This document shows positions 23,971 to 37,315 of a stretch of 64,000 nt of DNA, piece by piece. Position 1 is the stretch's first letter. Each line of letters opens with the position of its first letter. The position numbers and the translations under genes were made by a program. The stretch comes from Eledone cirrhosa (lineage: Eukaryota): contig CAXHJY010000489.1 in the NCBI GenBank assembly GCA_964016885.1, forward strand, positions 128,298 through 192,297, in the 5' to 3' direction. The notes below the pieces were generated by a model, which saw only the letters and a list, made by a program, of their open reading frames with translations, did no database searches and was not told the origin of the DNA.

Positions 23971-24547
23971 GGTAAACCCATGCAGTACATATGTGAATAT
24001 AATATAGATTAGGTTACTAGAAGAGGCATATCAGTAATACAGACATTGAATAGTGCCTGTGTGTAGCTATTAAAGTTAACTCAGAGATATATAGATTACA
24101 TGTTATGAGACTTATATGTGGGTATATATAAACATTATTAATACATATAAACATTGTATGTATACATGGTCTCGTAACACCTGACTGACATAGTACTTCT
24201 AGGGTAGTTTCATTGTATGTATACTTGGTCTCGTAACACCTGACTTAGTACTTCTAGGGTAGTTTTAAACCTGCCGGAGCCCATGTCTCCCTCCAGGTCT
24301 TTATACAGCAGATTTCTTCCAGAGAAGAATAGAGAGTGAGTGAATGGAAGTGAGAAAGAGATATAGAGGAAGAATCGACCCCAGTATTAGACTGGTACTT
24401 TTTTTTATCAACCTGGAATGGGTGAAAGGCAAACTTGTTCTCGGCGGGATTTTAACTTAGAGTCGAAACAAATACCACAAGGCATTCTATCTGACGTTCT
24501 AATGACTCCGCCAATTCACTGCCATAAACATTATGGGGGTATGTATA

Positions 24548-25247
24548 TATCATCATCACCATTTTATATCCATTCTTCCACGCTAGCATGGGTTAGATGA
24601 GTTGCCATGTTATGGGTAATGCTAGGTCAGGTGGCCATGCATTGCTAATACAGGACTGATTTCGGCTTGGTTTCTACAGCTGGATGCCCTTCCTAGCACC
24701 AACATCATTTACAATGTGTATTGGGTACTTTTTGTCGTGACACCTACACGACCACTTTACAGTGTGGACTGGGGGCTTTTTGTTGTGACACCTACATGAC
24801 CACTTTACAGTGTAGACTGGGTACTTTTTGTCATGACACGACCACTTTATAGTGTGTACAGGGTACTTTTTGTCATGACACCTACATGACCACTTTACAG
24901 TGTAGACTGGGTACTTTTTGTCATGACACGACCACTTTATAGTGTGTACAGGGTACTTTTTGTCATGACACCTACATGACCACTTTACAGTGTAGACTGG
25001 GTACTTTTTGTCATGACACGACCACTTTATAGTGTGTACAGGGTACTTTTTGTCATGACACGACCACTTTATAGTGTGTACAGGGTACTTTTTGTCATGA
25101 CACGACCACTTTATAGTGTGTACAGGGTACTTTTTGTCATGACACGACCACTTTATAGTGTGTACAGGGTACTTTTTGTCATAACACGACCACTTTATAG
25201 TATGTACAGGGTACTTTTCCTCATGACACCTACACAAACACTTTACA

Positions 25248-25248
<1 letters not shown>
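24548..25248 (-). mobile_element. RTE-related SINE-like element with expanded 42/48-bp internal tandem units
   Basis: Tail ccatgctagcgtggaag, motif ggaagggcatccagctgtag and about 11 tandem units. Confidence 0.85.
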
Positions 25249-25281
<33 letters not shown>

Positions 25282-25377
25282 CAGGATGGATTCAGTTTGA
25301 TACTGGTTAGACTATTACTCAACAGAAATAGCTGTTGAAAGGGTAAGAGCTCAGCTGTTTGGTCCCAACACTTTATA

Positions 25378-25427
<50 letters not shown>

Positions 25428-25429
25428 AC

Positions 25430-25499
<70 letters not shown>

Positions 25500-26646
25500 A
25501 GACACAAAGCAGGCTTTGTTTAGAAACAGCTTGTGAATTTGAAAATTAGATAGTAACATGTGTATTGACATACATGGGACACAAACTCATATCTTTGGTT
25601 TGCCGGACCAATGTGTTACCATTACACCAACGCGGCACCACAGTTTAAGCACAAGTTACTACCTAATTTTCAAATTCACTAGCTGTTTCAAAACAAAGCC
25701 TGCTTTGTGTCTCCCTATTTATATACATATATATATATATATATACCTGCTATGATTATATAGCTTCTAATTGAATGGAAAGAAATATGGGTGGCATATT
25801 GGTGTAATGGTAACACATTGGTCCGTCAAACCAAAGATGTGGCGTCATATCCTATGTACGTCTATACACATCCTTTTTTCCATCCAGAGGGTTTTTTAAA
25901 ATCCCAACTAACAGACTAATTTTATTTAGTCAAATACGGCGTAAGCACATGCTACTACCTAATTTTTATATATCTAATACATAGATCGCAAGCTATTGTC
26001 TGACGCTCTACCGATACTGCCAATCCAACACCCTACACCATCTTAATAATTTTAGTAAATCTTTCATAAATTCTTCATTAATTAACTAAAATACAGTATA
26101 TTTCATTGGTTAAGGCTCAGTAATGTCTCTCATTGAAAGCAGAGTTTAGGCTTCTACTTCTAAATGGCAACACTAGCCACAGAGACAGCTTCCTCCACCC
26201 CAGCCATGTTTTAGCATCCCCTTGTAAATTAAACTGCGGAATAAACACATCTTTCTTCAAGTCACAAATATCATTAAACTATCTGTCTGTCTTTATTTTT
26301 TCTTCTCTCCTTCGTTTTCTTCAGACATTTAAATAAATAAGAGTAGAACCGCCGCCGTCAATGGGATATTTTTCTAAAGACATTTTTAACTTCTCTGAAT
26401 TACTTGCACATGTTTGAAATTTTAGATGTCAAATCCGTTCCTTCTTTTTTCACTTATTTTGCTTTGTTGTTGTCTAGCAAAGGAAAACACAGTATTACAT
26501 GAGATTGAAACACAAAGATATAGCAATGCAGCTATATAGCTGTATAGCTGTATAGTTGTATAGCTGTATAGCTGTATTGCTGTATAGTTGTATAGTTATA
26601 TAACTATACAGCTATATAACTATACAGCTGTATAGTTATATAGCTA

Positions 26647-27667
26647 TCTGTATATATATAAAATTAAGTATGTGTGTGTGTGTGTCTCTGTGTTTCTGTG
26701 TATTACCTATAGGGGCCTACATCTTACGACCGATTTTCATGAAATTTACAGGCTCATAGATTAGTCATTGGGGAGTGTTTTCTATATATCAGCGTATCGT
26801 TTTTTTTATTCCGGGGTCATTCTGCAGATAAAAATCGATAGGGGTGTCACCTTTTTTTAGGTATCGAAAAATAAGATTTTTGGCTCTAGCTCCCACATTT
26901 TGCCACCGATTTCGTTCAAATTTTAAAGCAAAATAGAATTTATCATGGCACATCCTGTAATGGCGTTATATTTTGCATTTGTTGTCCAGGGACGGCGTGG
27001 CAGCCGCTTAAATATTCAAAAATACGACTTTTAGACTCAAATTTCCACTTTTTCGGCTCTAGTTCCCACATTAATCAACCTACTTTATTCAAATTTTACC
27101 CTACGCTAGATCTGATTATTTCACGTCTTAAAGTCGCTTTACATTTTGGATTTTTTCATCAGGAACGGCGTGACAGCCGCTTAAATATTCGAAAATACCA
27201 CCTTTTCGCTCTAATTTCCGCCCTTTCGGCTCTAGCTCCCACATTTTTCAACCGATTTCGTTCAAATTCGAAACTTTGGCTCCACCTCACACACAAATCA
27301 ATTTATTTGGTTCAACTTTTGTACTACGATAGAACCTATCATTGCACATCTTATAGATGGTCAAAGGCAAAACGATGGCCACTAACGTCATCTGAGCTTT
27401 TAGTTGTGTATTTGAGAATTCATCGGTTTCCAATCAAGTAGCGTGAGGAAATTTGGCTTAGTGTTAGAGGTCATTACCTCCCTCCTTCAGCATACCTCTT
27501 CGTCAGTCACCCGCGTTTCTCAGGGATATAGGTCATCACCACCCTTCCCCGCATGGCCTGTGTGTGGCCATAGATGAGTCATCGAGAAGCAGTCGCTAAG
27601 ATCAACACCTTTTCATCAAAGCAGATATTATTTTACCTACCCAGGCAACGCTGGGTACTGCTGCTAG
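26647..27667 (+). mobile_element. Non-autonomous Helitron
   Basis: 5' TC(tgtatatatataaa), 3' hairpin taccc-aggcaacgct-gggta then CTAG. Inserted between A and T with no TSD. Contains internal ~175-bp repeats. Confidence 0.82.
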
Positions 27668-28153
27668 TATAACTATCTAACTATGCAGCTATCTAACTAT
27701 ACAGCTATATAACTATATAGTTATATAGCTATATAACTATACAACTATATAGTTATATAGCTATATAACTATACAGCTGTATAGTTATATATAACTATAT
27801 AACTATACAGCTGTATAGTTATATAGCTATATAACTATATAGCCATTTAACTATACAGCTGTATCGTTATACAGCTGTATAGTTATATAGCTGTATAATT
27901 ATATAACTATATAGCTGTATAGTTGTATAGTTATATAACTATACAGCTATATAACTATATAGCTATATAGTTATATAACTATATAGCTAATTAACTATAC
28001 AGCTATATAGTTATATAGCTGTATAGTTATATAGCTATATAGTTATATAACTATATAGCTATAAAGATATATATCTATAGATATATAACTATAGATATAT
28101 ATCTATATAGATATATAACTATATAGATATATATCTATAGTTATATATCTATA

Positions 28154-28714
28154 CTAGACCTCCCGTAACCCGTTGGGTCACGTTCACTTAAAAAATAATT
28201 TTAAAATAATTAAAATATACACAGACATCTAAACTATAATAAAGTAAGGAGTGCGGGACTGCGTACGGTTTATAATTTTTTATCCCCTCAGTAAAATAAG
28301 TTGGATTACTTTGAATAAATAATGAATGAATATTACATAATTTATCTACTAAATTTCGTGGCTGTTCATTAAATATATTTTATTGTTTATTTAAAGATTC
28401 ACTACTTTAAAATTTTCAAATGTCAACACTTCCGGTTAGCGATCGCTTAAATAAACATTTATATATTTCTGTCACTAATTTTCTCCTAATACAGTTAATA
28501 TATAATATCGTCTTTTTTTAATGTATCATGGATTACGTTACTGATTACATAAGACAGTGTAACACAGTCTTCGTTCAATTTCTATGTATATTGTCAATTA
28601 CGATTTTATTTGATGTATCATATCTACATGTACATATACTTGCGTATAATATCAATATACACTACACATGCTAGCAGGAAACCACCCGAAGGGTGGTTTT
28701 TCTGCTATACACAC

Positions 28715-28809
<95 letters not shown>

Positions 28810-29024
28810 AATATATACACACACACACACTCACACTTAGAAACCCTTTCTATTTAGTAGGATACAGTAATGCTGTATTCGTTTCTTTGAAGTCACCGGT
28901 CGTAATTTCATTCAACAACACCACCAGCTCTCTTTTCCATTTTTGTTCTCTGTCTCCTCCTCTCTCCCTCTCTATGTTTCTCTTTCAATCTACTCTCTCA
29001 CAACCACTATCTCTTTCTCTCAAT

Positions 29025-29097
<73 letters not shown>

Positions 29098-29104
29098 TCT
29101 CTCC

Positions 29105-29136
<32 letters not shown>

Positions 29137-29329
29137 TTATGAAGATACCCAGAAAACCCCATATCTCGAGAACCTGTGGACCGATTAACGCAAAATTTGT
29201 TTTATTCCATTTGTATTCCCATTTCAGGGGCAACTTCCTTGCAAAGTATTTTCCCATTATGTGCCCTTTTGGCTGTATTACATTACAGACAAGCAAGCAA
29301 GCAGTCACAGAGTTTTAGTAGTATATAGT
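28154..29329 (-). mobile_element. Non-autonomous Helitron with a second internal 3' end
   Basis: Minus strand 5' (a)ctatatactactaaaa and 3' cgtgaccc aac gggttacg ggaggt CTAG|t. Internal accaccc ttc gggtggt ttcctg CTAG at 28671-28697. Confidence 0.75.
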
Positions 29330-29422
29330 TATACAGTTATATAGTTATATAGCTATATAACTATACAGCTATATAACTGTATAGCTGTATAGTTGTATAG
29401 CTGTATAGCTATATAACTATAT

Positions 29423-29900
29423 GAACTTAAACCTACAGTCAGAAGGCACCTCTTAACCCAATATACATCCCACCCCACACTCCATCCTTCCCCCTCTATC
29501 CACACCACCCTTTCTCTGTAAATTTATGTTGGTACCACACAAAACTGGTCATGTAGATATCACGACAAAAAAGTAGCCAGTCCACACTGTAAAGTGGTCG
29601 TGTAGGAGACACGGTAAAAAGGCTCCCAGTCCACACTGTACAGTGGTCATGTAGGGGACACGATAAAAAGGCTCCCAGTTCACACTGTAAAATGTTCGTG
29701 TAGGAGACACGGTAAAAAGGCTCCCAGTCCACACTGTAAATGTGGTTTGTGTTAGGAAGGGCATCCAGAGGTAGAAAACCTGCTAGAAACAATTCTATAC
29801 GAGTGAGACACAGTCACCCGACCAATCTTGCCTCAAGTGGGACAAACCCGTCCAACCCATGCTAGCGCGGAAGATGGACGTTAAACGATGATGTTGATGA
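29423..29900 (+). mobile_element. RTE family B 3' UTR only (severely 5'-truncated copy)
   Basis: Begins aaacctacagtcagaaggcacctcttaacc, as found after the RTE-B stop codon, and ends ggacgttaaacgatgatg. Confidence 0.85.
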
Positions 29901-30184
29901 TACACAGGCATATACACACATACATACATAAAACATTCCAAAAAATCAGAATGTAATAACTGCATATAAACTTGTACAGATACAGAACATGTGCACATGT
30001 ACATATATAACTCAAAACATAAACCACTACACATACAATAACATCCATACCTGCACGCACACACACAGACACACACACACGTACACATGCAGACATATCT
30101 ACCTAGTTGATGTCTAAATTCCAATGAGAGAGTCTTGTGTGTTAGAAACCGACTCTCTCTCTCTCTATTGGTAAACATTTATAA

Positions 30185-30368
30185 AATAATTGTTTCTACT
30201 TTAGGCACAAGGCCAGCAATTACCTAGTGCATTACTGGTACTTTATTTTATCGACCCCGTAAGGATGAAAGGCAAAGTCAACCTCGGCGGGATTTGAACT
30301 CAGATCGTAAAGGGACGTAACTATGTTGGACAGCATGGCGTCCGACCCTCTACCGATACTGCCAATCC
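30185..30368 (-). mobile_element. tRNA-derived SINE (Meta-domain-like)
   Basis: Reverse complement of the 9521-9712 family. Confidence 0.85.
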
Positions 30369-30438
30369 ACCGCCTTTATAAAATAATGAAACCAGACCAA
30401 CATACATACATACAAACATACATATATATATATATATA

Positions 30439-33400
30439 TCATCATCATCATCATCATCGTCATCGTTTAACGTCTATCTTCCACGCTAGCATGGGTTTAG
30501 ACGGGAATGTCTCACTTGAGACAAGATTGGTTGTCTTGCTCGTATAGGACGGTCTGGCAGGTTTTCTACGGCTGGATGCCCTTCCTAACACCAATCACGT
30601 TTACAGTGTGGGCTGGGAGGTTTTTACCGTGTTACCTACACGGCCACATTACAGCGTGGACTGTGTGTTTTTTTGTCGTGACACCTACACGACCTCATTT
30701 ATTTAGGACTGGATGTTGTGGTACCAACATAACTTTACAGCGATAGGTATGGTGTAGATGGGGGTTGGGGTAGTGGGATGGGTGTGTATTTTTGGTTAAG
30801 AGGTGCCTACTGACTGTAGGTTTCGCTTTGAACTTAGGCAAGGCGGTCTTCTGTATTACTGCGTAGCGCCAAAGATCACGGTCCAGTGACATTGTCTTGG
30901 AGTGGTGTAAGTGTGTAAGGTCGGAATTTATCAAATCGTCCAAGGTTTTTCTGAGTCTGCCTACTCCGTAGTTACCTTCTATTTTGATCGTCCTGCACTT
31001 TTTTATACAGCTGTCGTCTTTCATGCGCATCACGTGACCATACCAACGTAGTCTTCTCTCGAGTAAACAGCATCTGATCCCTCTTATTCCTAATTTCTCA
31101 CTTAGTTCATTTATGCTTTGCGGTTCACATATTACACATCCAACGGAGCATGCATGCTTCGTTCCTCTTCAGTCTGCGCAGATCCTCTGCACACAATGCC
31201 CATGTCTCACTGCCATGTAACATTGCTGTTCGTATGCAGGCATCATACAATCTGCCTTTCATTTTTAGAGAGAAACCTTCAGCGGCCAATAGTGGTATAA
31301 GCTCTCTGAACTTTTTCCATCCCGTTCTGACTCTAGCTACAGTACTTTCAGATCACCCACCACCACTCTGATTTTGTCACCCAGGTAACGGAAGGTGTTC
31401 ACTATTTCTATAGAACCATCTGGGCAATGGAAGGAGCTAGTATCCTGTGGGAACTTGCTACTACTTATTGCACCTGAGCACCGGCCACATATAAAATCTA
31501 TGTTCTTAGTTAGCTTACCTGTGATCCCACTACATCTTTTATGCACCCATACTTTGCATTTGGGACATAAAATGGAGTTTCTGCCTACTCCTTTCCTACA
31601 CACTGAGCATGGCCATTTCCCAGAGGGGACCAGTGCCCTATGTTCCTTCCTACATACTAGAACTTTAGTCTCAGACAAGTTAACTTTAAGGCCTTTTGAT
31701 TCTAGGCCATGCTTCCATGTTTGGAATTTCTTCTCTAGTTCAGCCATTGATTCAGCTATGAGCGTTAGATCATCTGCGTATAGAAGTTCTCATGGGCAGC
31801 CGGTCTTGAACTCCTCTGTTATAGCCTGAAGGGCAATAATAAATTAGAGGGGGCTAAGGACAGAGCCCTGATGAACACCAACTTTTACGCTAAACTCTTC
31901 ACTATATTCATTGTTAATTCTAACCTTGCTGACCGTTTTTTTATACATGGCTTGTATAGTTCTCACAAGCTATTCATCAATACCTAGTTTTCTGAGGGCC
32001 CACCAGATAATGGAGCGGGGGACTTTTTCCAAGTCGACAAGAGCTAAGTATAGGTGTTTACTTTTAGATAGGTACTTCTCCTGTAGTTGTCATACAAGGA
32101 AAAGAGCGTCTGTGGTACTTTTACCTGACACAAACCCAAACTGCATTTCGTCTAGATCAATTCGTTCTCTGATTAGTTGTGCTATTACTCTTTCTGTGAC
32201 CTTCATGACCTGGTCAATTAATTTAATGCCTCTATAGTTTCCCCTATCTAGGGCATCTCCTTTACCGTTGTAGCAGGTAATGATGCTGCTGCTACGCCAG
32301 TTTTTTGGTATGACTCCATTCTATTACTTGGTTTACTATCTGGTTGACCATAGTATGTCCCACCATTCCAGATGCTTTCAACATCACAGCAACTATCTCC
32401 GAAGGCCCACCTGCCTTGCCTGTCTTCATATCTTTGATTCCCTTACTTATTACACTACCTTCAACTTGCACTGCTGGTCCCTCTATTGGATCGATGTGGG
32501 GCAGATTATCTTTTTCCTATTTATTCTCTTCATTTAGAAGCCTCTCGTAGTGACACTTCCAAGCTACCTTCTTATCAGCGTCAATGATGGCAAGTACACC
32601 ATCGTCATTACGGACACACTTCTCCCCAACAATATCACGATTTTCCTTGACACATTTCATAGCAATCCTGAATACCTCACGTTTTTGGTCCTCGCGTTGT
32701 AGAACATGCTTGAACTTTCTTTCCTCTGCTTCCCTTCTTGCGAAGTACACTTGTCTCCTAGCTTCCCTCTTGGCCACTTGATAGTGTTCTCTACTTCCCT
32801 CATCCCGCCATACTTTCCAAGCCTGCTTTTTGGCCTTGATTGACTCCTCCACCTTACTGTTCCACCACCAAGTTACTCTCCTCCTGCCTATAGGTCTGCT
32901 CCAGCTACAGATTTCATCTGTCGCCTTCAGCAGGTTAACTTTCAGGAATTTCCACTGTTCCTCTATATTGTACGACCATAATTGCTCTTCCTTACTGTCA
33001 AAAGCATCAAGTAATTTGCTTTTAAATTTATTTCTGGCTGTGGGGTCCTTTGACTTCCATATTCTTCTCCTTAGGGTAGTCCTCCTTTGTTGTCGAGTAC
33101 GTCTCGTCCTGACTATGAGGTTGCTAACTATGAGGCTATGTTGGGAGGGGCATTCTTCACGGGGGAGGGATTTAGTTATTACAACAGACACTCTGTCACG
33201 TCTTCTAGTAAGGATATAATCTATCTGACTGGCGTGTTCCCCTGATCTATAGGTGATCAAGTGATTGTCTCGTTTTTTTAAGTTTGTATTACAGATAACT
33301 TCTTGTTACAGATAGTTAGGTTATTCGTGTCACAGAATTCCAGGATTCCTCATTTCTAGTACCAAACCCATGGCCTCCATGGATTCGGTCATAGCCGTCA

Positions 33401-34180
33401 CAATGTTGTCCAACGTGACCATTTAGGTCGCCAGCAATAATTATGTAGTCACTGTCGGTTATTTGGGAGGTAGTGAGCATTAGCGACTCATAGAATCTGT
33501 CTTTTATAACGCCAGGCAGTCCGGATTGGGGTGCATACGTGGATATTATTGTCACAGTAGTTCTATTTAGGACAAGTCTTATTTTAATTATTCTGTCGTT
33601 CACTCTAGTTACGCCTATTATCTTATCTACCCATTTTTCTGCTAGCATGATTCCTACTCCACCCAGCCCATTGTCATTTCCCACCCAGAAAAGTTTATAG
33701 CATCGTTTTTTACCCACAATGAATCTAGCAGACCCTCCCCTCCACCTGGTCTCTTGAATACAGCAAACATCAACTTCCTTACGTTCAAGCATCTCTACAA
33801 CCTCGTTAGAGCGACCTTTTAAGGTGCCTACATTCATGGTACCAACTCTGAAGTTTTGGATTGCGTTTGGTGGGTGAGAAGGATGGGTTGGAGGGGTGAG
33901 GGAGATGTGGTTATGTTAGCCATCCGCGGCCGAAATAAAGAGGAGTCCTTGCATTCTCGTCCGGCAACATGAGGTGAATTTGTCTTTATCTTTGGCATTA
34001 TCATTGAGTGTCCAGATCTTTCAGACACTCCAGAATTCCATAGTCCATCTAGCATATCGAAAAGCAACCAGGTTTAAACTTAAGAAGTGATATTATAAGC
34101 CGCTGAATTATGATTAGACAAATAATAATGGTGGCGAGTGGGGGCGGGAGGGGTCTGGGGGAGTTAGCGAGAAGGTTATT
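30439..34180 (-). mobile_element. RTE family B, near full-length, multiple frameshifts
   Basis: ORFs 33316-33837 (APE), 32517-33260, 31337-31747 (PHD) and 30695-31033. Colinear with 17630-21365. Confidence 0.96.
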
Positions 34181-34513
34181 TTATAATAATATAATCCTAG
34201 AATTTCGGCCATAATTAAATGAGCATATAACAGTAATAAGAGTAAGTGTTAAAATCCAAGTAGAAGATCGTTTTCGGGGGTCTAACAGAATTATGGGATT
34301 TTAAAATACAAGAAGATTGTTTTGAACAATCAGACAGAAATATCGAATAGCATTGAAAATAAAAGATTGGATTCTGGACGAAATAATACAGACAGATGAA
34401 TGGACTAGGGAACATGGAGAGACGAGAAAAAAATAGGATGAGTACATGACATTCCACAAAAGAGCGAGCGAGAGATGTAGCCAAGAATAAGGGATATATA
34501 CATGCATACATAC

Positions 34514-34568
<55 letters not shown>

Positions 34569-34603
34569 TATATACATACATGCATACATACATACGTATA
34601 TAT

Positions 34604-35294
34604 ATACCCCTAAGCGGCCACCTGGCAACATGTGGTCAGGGAATATTTATAATATTCCCATTCTACAAATTACACAGCCCAAGTGAAATCAAGAGAAAAA
34701 TCAAAGAAAAGAATTTTATTGATAAATTCAAACCCAAGCTAAATGAACAATAATAACGCCTAGGGGTATTACTTCTACTACCACTATGACCACGACCACT
34801 AACAACAACAACAACAACAACAACAATAATAATAATAATAATAATAAAAGTGATGTTGATGGTGATGATTAATAGAAAATGCTATTTTCATCATTTCAAA
34901 AAGCAAAACAATTGATACGTTGGGTATGACCATTGGTCGTTAGCATGCTCAACCAGCCGTGACGCTTAAACCAATCAGCTGTAGTAATTCAGTGAAACTA
35001 CACACTGATTGGTCGAAATACAGTTTACAGGGCTTTGCATTCTGGAGCCACTTTTCTCTGTATAAAATGTATAAAAGGTAGTAAATTTACACATCTCATT
35101 ACAGTTGAAAATTGCAAACTCGACTGTCACCACATATCATGAACCTGAAGATTGCGAAAGCATGAAAGTACTTGTTCAATCAACACTTAGAATTTAATAT
35201 TCTATCATACTATTTCATTATAATACCATATTATATATATTTTAAAGGATTGTAAATAAAACGAGTAAATCAGACAAAGTTGGAATTCCTCTTA

Positions 35295-35300
<6 letters not shown>
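34604..35300 (+). mobile_element. 5'-truncated Penelope-like element (GIY-YIG C-terminus + pseudo-LTR with HHR) inserted in a TA/TACA microsatellite
   Basis: 34604-34753 translates as [52 protein letters not shown] at 35140-35178. The same compound microsatellite lies on both sides. Confidence 0.8.
35140..35178 (+). ncRNA. Minimal hammerhead ribozyme motif
   Basis: tgaac-CTGAAGA-ttgc gaaa gcat-GAAA-gtac-TT-gttca, with palindromic loop III GTAC. Confidence 0.75.
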
Positions 35301-35342
<42 letters not shown>

Positions 35343-35359
35343 CATGCATACATACATAC

Positions 35360-35412
<53 letters not shown>

Positions 35413-36051
35413 ATATACATACATGCATACATACATACGTGTATATATATATATATATATATACATACATGCATACATACATACGTATATATATACATAC
35501 ATGCATACATATATGTATACATATGTGTACACAAACATGCATATATACATATATACATACAAACATGCATACAAACATACATACATGGTAACATAGATAT
35601 ATACATACATACATACATACATTCAGATAAGTATTAAAACGTGTATATACATGTAAGGGATGGATGAGGCAGTCTGTGACTAACTGTAGTTCTGGTAGTA
35701 ATTCCATGTAGCTTCTTTGTCATATAATGAATGGAAAAAAAAACAAATTTGTTAAAAATTTATTAAAAAAATAAAACAAAATACCCCCCTTCCCCATGCT
35801 GCTGTTACCATAACGATCTTCATTTGTAAAAATAAAGATTCCGTATTTTATGTAAAATAATGGAAAATAAATAGACAAAGGGATTTTTTTATATTATTAT
35901 TATACTTGTATATAATTAATTTTAGGAAGAAACACCCGGAAATTTAAGTTTAGGTGTGAACTAAGATAATTAAATCAATATGTTGTCTGAAACATTCTCA
36001 TTAGGACTCCATAGGGTTAGGTGAGAGAATTCTTAACTCTTTTATTACCAT

Positions 36052-36323
36052 TATCGTCGTTTAACATCCATTTTTCTTCCACGCTAGCATGGATTGGACG
36101 AGTTGTCTTGTTGTGAGACAAGCCAAGTCAGATAACCATGTCTTGCTCATACAGAACTTTCTGGCTTGGTTTTTACAGCTGGATACCCTTCCTAATGCCA
36201 ACAACATTTACAGTGTGTACTGGGTGCCTTTTGTCATGACATCTACACAACCACTTCACAGTGTGGACTGGGTAACTTTTATCATGACATCTACATGACT
36301 GTGTTACAGTGTGTGCTTTTTGT

Positions 36324-36325
<2 letters not shown>
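36052..36325 (-). mobile_element. RTE-related SINE-like element
   Basis: Same 48-bp units, ttaggaagggtatccagctgt motif and ccatgctagcgtggaag tail. Confidence 0.75.
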
Positions 36326-36370
<45 letters not shown>

Positions 36371-36698
36371 CTGACTGAATACACTCATTTTTTTCTCAAA
36401 ATATTATTTTTTTACCCTTTCTTCCTCTTCTCACTCTCTCTTTCTATTTTATCTTTTATTTCTCATTCTATATTCTGATGAAAGACTTGTGCCCAAAACG
36501 TAAAGACTCTTTTTCTACAATATCAAGCATTAATCTAATATAATTCTTCATTGTACTGTGTTGTTTGTTTTATTGCTTCCATTTACTTTTTACACACACA
36601 CACATATATAGTGATAAACATAAAGATGAAAATCCATAGAGGACTCGATAAGTATTGTATATATATAAATATATATAAACACAGAGCAAATATTTATT

Positions 36699-36831
36699 AT
36701 TAGTACAGATTAAAAGTTTAAGCAATGAATTTCTGCTTTCACCCAAAGCAGGATCACCTGAAACTGTTTTAGATGATTCTAGTTAGGGTGAAAGCAGAAA
36801 TTATTTGCTTAAACTTTTAATCTGTATTAAT
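36699..36831. repeat. ~130-bp imperfect fold-back hairpin next to (TA)n
   Basis: attagtacagattaaaagtttaagca...ctgctttcaccc / gggtgaaagcag...tgcttaaacttttaatctgtattaat. Confidence 0.85.
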
Positions 36832-36889
36832 TATATATATATATATTGGCTGTGTTGAATGTGTGTGTATGTATGTATTTATATATATA

Positions 36890-37315
36890 CGACTACAATA
36901 ACAACATCAACACCATTGTCTGCAGCAACAGCAGCAGTGAAATGAAGAAGAAGAAGAACAACAACAACAGCGACAACAACAACAACGACAACAACAGCAA
37001 CAACACCATTGTCTGTGTTTAATGTGTGTGTATGTATGTATTTATATATATGCGACTACAATAACAGCATCAACACCATTGTCTGCAGCATCAGTGAAAT
37101 GAAGAACAACAACAACGGCAGCAGCAGCAACAACAACAACAACAACAGCAACAACAACAACAACAACAGCAACAACAACAACAGCAACAGCAGCAGCAAC
37201 TACAATAACAACTACAGCAACAACAACTGCCACCACCATCACTGACCATCCACCACCACCATCACCATACTGACACCATCCACCACCATTCACCACCACC
37301 ACCACCACCATTACC
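36890..37315. repeat. (CAA/CAG)n and (CAC)n trinucleotide low-complexity tract with a ~160-bp local duplication
   Basis: Directly visible. Confidence 0.85.

Larger units (their letters stand above)
26533..29422. repeat. Self-complementary ~9-bp AT-rich satellite (tatagctgt/tatagttat/ataactata) split by two Helitrons
   Basis: Tracts at 26533-26646, 27668-28153 and 29330-29422. Confidence 0.8.

Noticed and set aside
24674-25279. Repetitive Cys/His/Lys ORF (CHDKKYPVHTIKWS)n resembling a metal-binding protein; likewise 62742-63029
   Set aside because: It is a translation of 42/48-bp non-coding SINE tandem units.
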